A stretch of DNA of 64,000 bases from Anthoceros angustus (lineage: Eukaryota; Plantae; Anthocerotophyta). Under the pieces are notes generated by a model. It was given only the letters and a program-made list of their open reading frames with translations. It did not search any database and had not been told where the DNA came from. Made by a program: the position numbers and the translations under genes. Numbering within the stretch: position 1 is the first letter of the stretch; each line of letters begins with the position of its first letter. The stretch is from NCBI GenBank assembly GCA_010909165.1, contig VJWM01000003.1, forward strand, positions 248,001-312,000, in the 5' to 3' direction. Shown one piece after another: positions 36,801-46,500 of the stretch.

Positions 36801-39800
36801 AGGAGAGGTCGCCATCTTCTTATGCGATCCTTTGGGGACGGTGGGAGCTCATTCTGAGCTTGCAATTCAGGGGATGGGGAGGCACGGATCCTTGGGGAGA
36901 GTGGGAGCTCATTATGAAGCTTGCAATTCATCTTGCCTTGATCCTTGGGGGACGTGGGAGCTCATTCTGAGAGCTTGCAATTCGGATGGGGAGGCCTCGG
37001 ATCCTTGGGGACGTGGGAGCTCATTATGAAGCTTGCAATTCTGGGGATCAGGTGCGAGTGTGCCGCTTAGATATGGCGGCCGGTGAAGGGAGCACTAGAT
37101 CCTGGCGATTTGCACCTACTGTGATTGTATGTTGATTTTTAAAGGTATTGGGTTGATGACAGCTTGTTTCTTGGATATCGATGCGATGTTGACCTCTTCT
37201 TTTGTGTCCAACTCTGGATAAGCTTCAAGCTAGTAGGGTTGCGGATGAGAATGGCGCCATCACATTGTGACTTTGAGTAGGTTATGTTGTTATGCATATG
37301 GGAGCCATAGTCTTGCTTTCCACTATGCTGAAATTGTATGCTATCCTTCAGCCTTGTGCATTTCTTGCCTTGGAATCTAGCACAAATGTGCTTGTGATGT
37401 GTGTGTGTAGAGTGGCATGCCTACTGTTTTGTTTGTTGTTAATTGCTGCGTAGAACCAATAGCGAGTTCATGATCTCTTTGCAGCTTCTAAGAAGTGGGG
37501 AGGAAGGCGGACAATGGCAAGGCGTGACCATGAGAAAAAGACGCGTGGTGAGCTTTGGCATGAGAGTTCTTAAGTTTTTGTGCTTGAATTCTAGATCTCA
37601 TGTAGTTGTGCTTCTATTATAGATTTCAAGTTGTTGTGTGTGTAAGCTCACGTTTTTGTGCTCCTGTACTCTTAAGGGAAAGCAAGCTGAGTGGACCAAA
37701 ACCCAAAAGATCCAAAGGCCAAAGGTTCTTTTGTGTGAGGTGTTTGACATATATTTGCGTCACATGAGAGCTAATTGGGAGAGTGTTTGGGTGAGTGCAC
37801 CTCGTAGGGGCATGGCACTCCCCTCTTGGGGAGGGAGGTGCACCCACGGAGGCAGTGTAGGCGGAGGGTCCCGAGTTAAGGTAGTACGTAGGGTGACAAG
37901 GGTGACCTACATAGGTAGGCGAGGATCCCTACATGTATGTATGTGGGTAGGACAATGCGTGTAATGTATGTGGGTAGGGGACATGTGCGAGATGTGGGGT
38001 GACGGGTGGCCCTACATGGGTAGGATGTAAGGGTGGCGGGGCTCCCCCACCCTCTCGTAGGGAGTGGTGAGGTCTCCCGTGGGGAGTGGTGAGGACTCCC
38101 TACTGGGCGTGGAGGTGGTGTCAAGGAATCGGCGGCCTATATGGGAGTTTCACTATCACTACCAAAGGGCCATGCAAAGGGCCATGCAAGGGGTGTGTGG
38201 GGAGTGACACCTAGGAAACTGCGAGGAATCGGAAGAGCTTGTGCATGCAAGGGAAAGCTAGGGCAAGGACTTGGTGAGAACGCTGCCCATGTGTGCAAGG
38301 AGAAGAAGGTATCGAAGGGTAGGAGTTGTGTGTGAAGGGTTTGAAGCACAAGTATGGAAGAGGGCAGAGCTGAATTTTTTAATGCCTAGGACCTTGCAAG
38401 AGGGCGGTGCTGAATTTTTGTGCCTAGGACCTTGCAAGTGAGGGATTTGGGCGCATCGGGAGGCATATGCTGTGAGGACATCAAGTCGAGCTAGGTGGGG
38501 TGGAGTGAAGAGAAAGTAAGTGGAAAAGGGCTGAAGTTGCTCTCTTGGTGGATTTTGTGTGGCGAGTGAAGAAAGCTTGCAATTGTGTGTAGAAACTGAG
38601 GTGACAACTAGGTAGAAACGAGCAAGTGGGTGTGCCCAAGCTTGTCTCGTTTGTGCAGTTATCTTGAAGGGTGCAAGATGGTGAAAGCGCCTGCACCTAA
38701 GAAGGGCAAGCTAGTTGCTAGGGAGCTAGGAGAAGAGGTACAGATGCCCGAATTTAATTGCTTCCCTGCACAGGTGGAGGCTAGGCACTTGGTGACATTC
38801 GAGGCGGTTTCTTTGGAGCCCAGCGTACAATTGCAATGGGTGTATGGCGCCAGGCCTATGTCAACTTGGAGATGATAGAGGAATGATTTATAAACTTCAC
38901 TATGCCACGGCGAGAACTTGAGGCTGGAAAATAGGGATGCAAGGATTGATCCGAGGTCTTTGGGCAACCATGGTATATGGAAGGCCGTGAGGATGACTCG
39001 GAGGAGGAAGAGGAAGGCATGGAGCAAGATCCGCCTCACGGAGACCTTCTTGCGTGGAGGTGTGGAGGCGGTGGGGCCATAAGAAGTTGACCCCGTCATG
39101 GGAGGAGGTGTGAGGGTGGCCCTACATCCGTAGGATCACCGGGCGGTCTGACAGCGATGAGTCAGGAGGTAATTGAAGGGGTTGGTGGTAGCTTGGAGTG
39201 GGGGCTCATTGCTTGGGGGATAGGACAATGTATGAGGAGGCCTGCGATACTTGTAGAGGTGGAGTGCAAACCACGGGAAGAGGATGGGTCTCTTCTCCAC
39301 CAAGCTTTAGATTTCATGATGTTGAGTGTGGCTCGGAGGAACCCGGTGGAATTATCGGAGCGCCTTGTTGTGGAGTCAATCTTTGAGGCAAGTGGAGGAT
39401 TTATGGTAGATTGGTTAGGATTTGGAGTGAGAACACTTAGGATTTTGGTACTGCTCAGCCTTATTGTTAAAATAGGGGATTGGAGAGTTTTCTAGGCTGA
39501 TTGTCATGATGATTGAAAGAGAGTGGGGTAGTGGTTTTAATCGGCTTTGGCGGCTATTAGTTTATAGTGGTTGAGAAAGAGCGTGGTGGAAAAGTAAGGG
39601 GAGGTGTGGCCAAGGGGCCTTATGTATGAGCCCTATATAGGGGCGATTTTGAGAAGAAAAACATCGCGTCTTGCGCTCCCAAACTGAGTCCTTGCTCTTA
39701 TGAAGGAATTTTGGCTAGGCAAGCTAACGATTGTACAGGAGAGTTTGCGGTGGTCGGAGTGCTTGGCGGAGGGCTCGCTCCTTGCGCCGCACGTTGCTCC

Positions 39801-40779
39801 CCACGTGAATGGTTCTTTTGTGAAATTGCTTTGCTTTGGGTGTGTGGCGTGCCCAAGGAACTCTCGGCTTGAGGGTAGACTACAGGAAAGACTCGGAGGT
39901 TCTCGATGCCGTGCAAACTCATAGCAACTGCCCAAGGAAGAACTTGCTAGCTTGTGGCGGACCCGCGGTTGTGCCATAAGGCGAGCTAGGGCCAATGAGC
40001 TTGAAGTAAGGTTAGATTAGGAGGATGAGGAGTTGAGTTGAGGTGAGTGTATGTTGAGGAGAATGTGGAGCTGAATGTTGAGTAGAGGAGTAGGTAGAGA
40101 TTAGGAGTAAGAAGAAGGCCCAAGTCAGAGCCTAAGGGAGGGGTCCCAAATCTGCACCAAATCGAGATTGGAAGCTTGGCTAAGGTCTCAAAATCACGGG
40201 GTGGAGAAGTCGCGCTGCGCTGTAGGGGGTCCCTATGTGCGTAGGCGATGGACCTACTGCCGTAGGGTGGGACCTACGACTATAGGATGTCGTTGTAGGT
40301 CCAGGCGGAGATCAGCAGGCGGTGTGGAGGTGTCGTGGCTCTTGCCGGTGTGGAGTTTGTGGGCAGTTGTAGTTGGGCGCGGGGCACAGGTTGGAGGCCT
40401 TGAACTAGGGCGAGGTAACCTATCTTTGCGCCCGGTGCGACCCCTAGGGGTAGGATGCACGCTGCGTGCGTTGGGATAGAGGTCTCCTCCCACGTAGGAA
40501 TGAGGTGTGCTGGCCACGATTTCGATCTCCTCTCCTACAACTCTCCTACAAGTGTGGGCTATGCACTTACAGGGAGTTAAAATAAGTAGGGTTTACATGT
40601 TTTTTAAGTTGAAGGATAAATAAAGGCGGAAAGGAGGAATAAATTGGGGTGGCGCTTGGACTAGGCTCGGAGTATACTCGGACTCGGAGTGAACAACGGA
40701 CCCAGTACCACTATGGCAAGCTCGGACTACGCCCAGATAAGGAAGTCAGGAACCACTCCGGTCAAAGCAGGATAAATGC

Positions 40780-43570
40780 CGGAACTAGGAGGCGGGCGTG
40801 AGGCGAGCAGGCGCCACGTGGGCGGCCACAGTGGAGGTCGGGCATGCATGGTCGGGCCGTAACCTTGCGAGGCCGTTATAGCGGTATTGCCCAGCCCGGT
40901 GGCGTAAGGCAGTAAGAGCGTAGGGTGAAGTAAGCCATGCGAGACCCACAGCGATTCTGGACAGGCGCCTTCCGCCAGCGGTTACTTCGGCCGGAGGGAG
41001 GTCATTTTTGACCTCAGACAATCCTCCACGGTCCCTTGCGCTCCATCCGGCTCTCTGGCGCTATCTTTTGGGCGCCATCGGCAAGCGGCTCACCGTCGAG
41101 TTGGAGGCAAGCAGGCGAAGGAGGAACATCGTGCCCGGTGGACTCGGCCAGCGGCTCGGAAAGCAATGGCACCCAAAAAGCGAGTCAGAGCCATGGACCC
41201 TCGTGGGCGCAACATTGTGACCGGCGCTATCCGGACTTGAGCCCAGCTGGAGGCGAGGGGAATTGGTGCGGAGTGGCATCGGGCGTGTTCCAAATGGTGC
41301 GGACCTTTGGCGTCACTCTAGTCAGGAGTTTGCGGAAGATCTTGGCGGCGATCAACAAGGAGGTCGATCCAAGAACCTCGGGAGGACCAGGCGATGGACC
41401 TTGGAGGTCTGAGGGACCTACGCCGAAGGAGGAAGAAGGGGCGTGGTGCAGGCCCCTTAAGGCGAAGGGAAGATAGGGCCGACCACAGTGGCGTCTTGAG
41501 GCACAGGCAGGGACAACCAGCGGATGGTTGATATCCGTCTGGCTGGGCGGTCGAGTAAGGCGGTAGCCGGATCATTATCCATTGGAACACTGCTCACCAA
41601 GGTGGATCACCTTGGTGATAACTGATAGTATTCACATGCGCTCGGTGAGGAAGAAGGCGGGGGAAGGATTATCTTCGCCGGTTGATCGGGAACGCATAAG
41701 CTAAGGGCGAAGCCCTCGCCATCGGTGACCCATACGATTCATGTATGGGGACATTTCGAGCTCTGAAGGAGGGAGGCTTGAGCAGGCGCTCGGGAAGGTG
41801 GAGGCTGCAGTAGGGCGCGAGGTGGGGGTCGTCGCCGAGACGCGGACTCGGGAGGAGGGCGGGGAGGATTCGGACTCCATCGTGCAGGCGAACCCCTCAC
41901 CACCCGGGGAAGTTTGGGAGGAGATTCCCCTTCCCTCCTTTTGGTGCCCCTCGGGCGGTAGGGGAGGAGGCGTCTGGAGGCGTTGGCGGCTCTCGGCGGG
42001 CACCACAACACGGCTGCGGGCCAGCGAACTCAGCGGGGCCGAGGCGGAAGGCGGTGCCGCCTACCAGCACCTCGGAAGGTGCGGTACCCACCTTGCAGGT
42101 GTGAGGTGAGGCGGTGGGAGGCGAGGGGCGTGGCCCAAGGAGGCGGAGGTCAGCGGCCCCCAGGCAGTCTGTCCCCGGAAGGGCAAAAGAGCTTGCTCCG
42201 GACCCCCTCACCTCCTCAGGAGCCCAGGAGAAAGAGGGCACAAAGGAGTTAGAGGCCAAGAGGGCCAAGAGGGTGAGACTCGGACCTCACCACTCGGGAC
42301 TGAGGTCTGATTAGGTCAGGAGAACCCAGTCGGACTTACTCGGGGGTATGGAGGTCCTTGGCGGACCGAGAAATGCCGGCTCCACTACGGACTTTGTGGG
42401 GGCCTCACCGGCCGTGGAAGAAACACGGCGAGTCCGTCATGTCATGGACGGAATGCTTTGGGGTCTCGTAGTGCAGTGGAGAGACCCGAAGTGGAGGCCA
42501 CCGGAGGAGGATGGTGGAACTCAAGAGCAAGTGAGGCGGCCCGAGCAAAGGAAAAGGCGGAGTCCCTCGCTCGGATCGAGGAAGGAAGCCGGGTGGCGGG
42601 CGAGGCCCGGTTCAGCGGGGCCGGGCCAAGGTTCTTGTTGTCTGAGCAGTGAAACAAGCTCGAGGAGGCCAGCGGGCGGAGGAGGACCTTGCGAGAAGGC
42701 CGGCGGGGAGGCGGAAGGCCGGGCACAAGCGAGAGCTCGGGACTGGCGGGCGGCCCGGCTAGGCGGCGCCAAGTGGGCCAGTGGCGGCGAAGAGTCGGAG
42801 CCGCAAGCGGCCGGGATCACTGAGCGTGATCGGGCCGGTGGAGAGTCGGAGCGTGAGGCTAACTCGAAGGCCGCCTGGCTATGGGCGAGCAAGGGCCGGC
42901 CGGAGGAGGAGATGGAGGCGGCACTCGGGAGATAGGAGATCTCAGTCAGTGCGAGGAAGTAGAGGAGGCGGCGGCGGATGGAGGCAGCAGGACAGCTGGG
43001 CTACAACTCCAAGATGCGTCGGAGGCGGTGATTCTCAGCGAGAGAATCACGACTTGAGCACGAAGCAGAGTGCCTCGGCTCCGTCGAAGGCGGAGGAAAA
43101 TCGGCGACTATCGAGGTTGGGCGTTGCCGGGCTGAAGGAGGCGGAGGAAGTCGGAGTCGGACGGAGGTACGGCCTTTGGAGAGGAGGTGGCGGAGCTAAG
43201 GCGAGAATGAGCGGAGGGCGCTGGGCGAAGAAGGCTGCTGGTCCGGTGAGAAAGGCGGAAGGAGCTGCGCTATGGGTGGTGGCAATGGAGAGAAGCAGCG
43301 GGCTGGGCGGGTGGAGCAGTGGCGGTGAGGAGGTGGCCAGGCCGCCTCGCGTGTCTGACCAGCTCCGGTATCCGTCTGGCGGAGAGGTGGCCCAACAAGC
43401 GACGCCCGGCTCCGGAACACTTATGGCGGAGGGAGTATCGGGTGCTCGGGCACCGTGGAAGAGCAATTCAACAAGTCGATTCGGACTTTGCCTATTACCA
43501 CAGCTGAGCTCACAAAGAAGCCTCTCGGCGCGCAAGCAGACGGACCCTGGAAGGCTCGGAAGGAGATGAA
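40780..43570 (+). pseudogene. Frameshifted, GC-rich transposon-borne ORF of unknown function with a charged (E/R/A) coiled-coil-like C-terminal half
   Basis: A chain of overlapping + strand ORFs (41008, 41036, 41741, 42348, 42458, 42781) with strong GAG/GCG codon bias and no recognisable catalytic motif. Confidence 0.4.
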
Positions 43571-46500
43571 GGCCACGGGGCGGCCACAGGGACCCTAGTG
43601 GCCTGTTTGGAGATAATGAGGCGGCGGAGGAGCGGAGGAGGCGGCGAGGCGGCGGATCGAGTGGTAAGCACCACCTCACCATGGAAGGAGGGGAGCAGAG
43701 AGTCACTTGAGGATCGAGCAGTGGAGGACTTGAGGAGAGCCACGGAGGAGTCCGTGAGGAGAAACCCGGGTGGGCGTGAGTCGGACTTTGTCCGGACCCG
43801 GAGGCCGGACCACAGTCGGACCTCGGTAATAAGTCCGGACCACGAGTCGGACCCGTGTCGTCCGGACCACAAGTCGGACCCGTGTAAATCCGGACCACGA
43901 GTCCGGACCCGAATAAGTCCGGACCACGGTCGGACCCGGTCGGAAGCGGCCGGACCGAGCCGGACTCCACAGTTGAGTCGGACCTCGAGGGGGTGCGGAT
44001 GGGAGGAGCCCCGACTTACGCTAGGGAGATGTGGTGGCCCCACCGTGAAGGACCCGAGGAGGCGAGCGAGGCGGCGGCGGAGGTAAGCACCCGCACCTCA
44101 CCATGGAAGGAGGGCCAGCAGTCACTTGGCGATCGGGAGCAGGAGGACTTGAGGAGAGCCACGGAGGTCCGTGAGGAGAAACGGGTGGGCGTGAGTCGGA
44201 CTTTGTGGACCCGGAGGCCGGACCACAGTCGGACCTCGGTCGTCCGGACCACGAAGTCGGACCCGTGTAAGTCCGGACCACGAGTCCGGACCCGGTGTCG
44301 TCCGGACCGAGGTCGGACCCGGTGGTCGGACCTGGCCGGACCGGAAATAAGCGGACTCCAGGGGTTCGGGGAGTCGGGGCACCTCGAGGCCGGGCTGGGA
44401 GGGCCCCCGACTTCGCTAGGGAAGCCGAATGGTGGTGGCCCCCGTGAAGGACCCGAGGAGGCGAGGAGGATGGCGTGTGGCAGCGGTTGTCGAACCGCCG
44501 CCGTGTAACTGATTCGGGAGAGGAGGGCCCGCCTCACGGATCATCCGAGGGTGCACCACAAGCTGTCGGGCAGTTGGACCACCCATTCCGGCGGGGCCAG
44601 GACCTTCCAGTGTGGCGAAGGAGATAGGGGGAAAGGAAATGGGATGGCGGCCGATTAGGGTATAGTGGCTATTTTCGAGAATAGGGGTGTAATAAAGGCC
44701 GCCACAGGCGCGATATAAGAGGTGAGGCTCTAGTAAAGCATCTTTCTCTTGGTTGATCTGCGCGTTCTTGCAGACCTTTGTGAGTCTTCTTGCTAACGTG
44801 AGTCTGAGTCAGCGAGCCGCGGCACTCGGGAGATTGATCAAGGTCCCGTGGCGGACTTAGCGTTGTGGTGTGTGCGGGGAAGGGTGGCGGTGACCGTGCT
44901 CGTCCGAGCAGCGGCCGGCCGAGCAATTTGGGCGTGTGGGCCGGAGGAACTCGGGAGGCGTGTAGAGCCGGACGGAGGCCGGCGGGCAGCGGAGGAGGTC
45001 GGGCTGCGTAACCAGCGTCTTTTCTAAGGCGAAGAGTGTAGCGTGAGGAGAGAGGAAAGGGGATCGTGAGGATGTATGTGAGCAATCTGACGGGCCTTGA
45101 GCAGGTCCTAAGCGTTTAGCCATCTCTGTCACGGTGAAACGTTGTGAGTAGTTAGGAGTATGTGTGTGTTGAGGCGAGCAGGCGCTAAGGCGGTAGGAAT
45201 CACAGCCGATAAGCGGGCCTATCATTCCCTTGAGCGGACTTCTTCCTACAGCGACCACGGGATTGTCTTGGCGCTTGGCTGGCCATCGACAAAGTCGCGC
45301 CACAAAGTGGTAGGAGGGGTAGGCCCTACAATTGTTTGTTGTTGGTTGTAGGTCTTGAGGCGGTGATTCGTGAGCGTAGCGGGGCGCGCTATCGAGTTGG
45401 TGGTTGAGGATGTGCCAATTGTGGGAAGGCAATGGGAAAGGAATAGTGGACGATCACGGGGTGGTGAAGTCGGCGTTGCAACGTAGGGGTCCCTACGCGT
45501 AGCCATTGACCTCTTGCCGTGGGGTGGACCTATAGTCGTGAGGGTGTCATTGTAGGTCCAAGGCGGTGATTGGCCAGCAACACGGTGAGACGTGGGCTCA
45601 TATGGAGTGAGTTGAGGGTGCTCCAGTGTGAGGGAGCTTGGGGGTGTGAAGAGGTGTGTGGTTTGTGCCTTAGATACTGGTGACCGACAAACAAGAGTCT
45701 CATGGGACGAAACCTATTGTATAGCGACGGTGGGATAAGTGTAGCCACTAGAGGGTGAATCTCGGAAGCCGGGATGCCTCCCACATCTACTATCATGCTT
45801 AATGTTAAAATTCGTTGTTGCCATGTTACGAGGATGCAAGGGTAAAAACTTCAACTATACATTTAACCTCTATTGATAGAAATAAATATTTCAGTAAAAT
45901 ATCGGAATATTTTTTACGATGAAAGTGACTAGGTAGATATGGCCCTTGCTTATAAGCCCCACTTCTCCATTTTCTTCAGTTGTGAAGAGATCTGGCATCC
46001 CCTCGTTTGCCTCGATTGAGACCGAAACCAATGTGATATCTCTCAGCGGCATCTCTCTATAGATCTCATCGCTGATCGGCGATAAGATACATAGAGATAT
46101 CTCGTCTGTCTTATGGCTGGACACGGGTAGCATGTTATCGCTGAACAGGGGTAGCCTGTGGGCAGAAGGGGAGGAGAACGTCGTTGCCGATTGCCCCAAG
46201 TAATCAAGGGTATGTGCATCTATGTATCCGAGGAGCAGGAATTCATCAACCGTGCAGCGGAGAACGAGTCTAGATCGTATAGGGTCCTTCTATGTTTCAA
46301 ACAGGTTTTGCTGCAGGGATGAACGATGTACATACATGGAGAATCAGTAAGTTAAGAGACAACAGCACTAGAATCACATCTGACGAAGCGATAGAAGCCT
46401 CTCGGCCCTAGCAGCGGACCCTGGAAGGCTCGAGAAGGAGATGAAGGCCACAGGGGCGAGGGACCCTAGTGGCCTGTTTGAAGATAGCGGAGGCGGAGGA

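Larger units (their letters stand above)
26363..39301. repeat. Direct tandem duplication D2 (26363-33605 = 33606-39293) with nested duplication D3 (~29860-31362 = ~31363-32876) in the left copy
   Basis: Copies are collinear. Microhomology TCTCCACC at 26363, 33606 and 39294. The D3 junction is at GTGAAG near 31363, and the right copy has only one D3 unit. Confidence 0.93.

Noticed and set aside
43778-44345. Palindromic GTCCGGAC array as a CRISPR or iteron array
   Set aside because: No unique spacers and irregular period. It is a minisatellite, partly multiplied by duplications D4 and D5.
45891-46199. 102-aa ORF present twice (also 48354-48662)
   Set aside because: TTG start, no motif, lies in the CERK 3' flank, and the repetition is due to D4.
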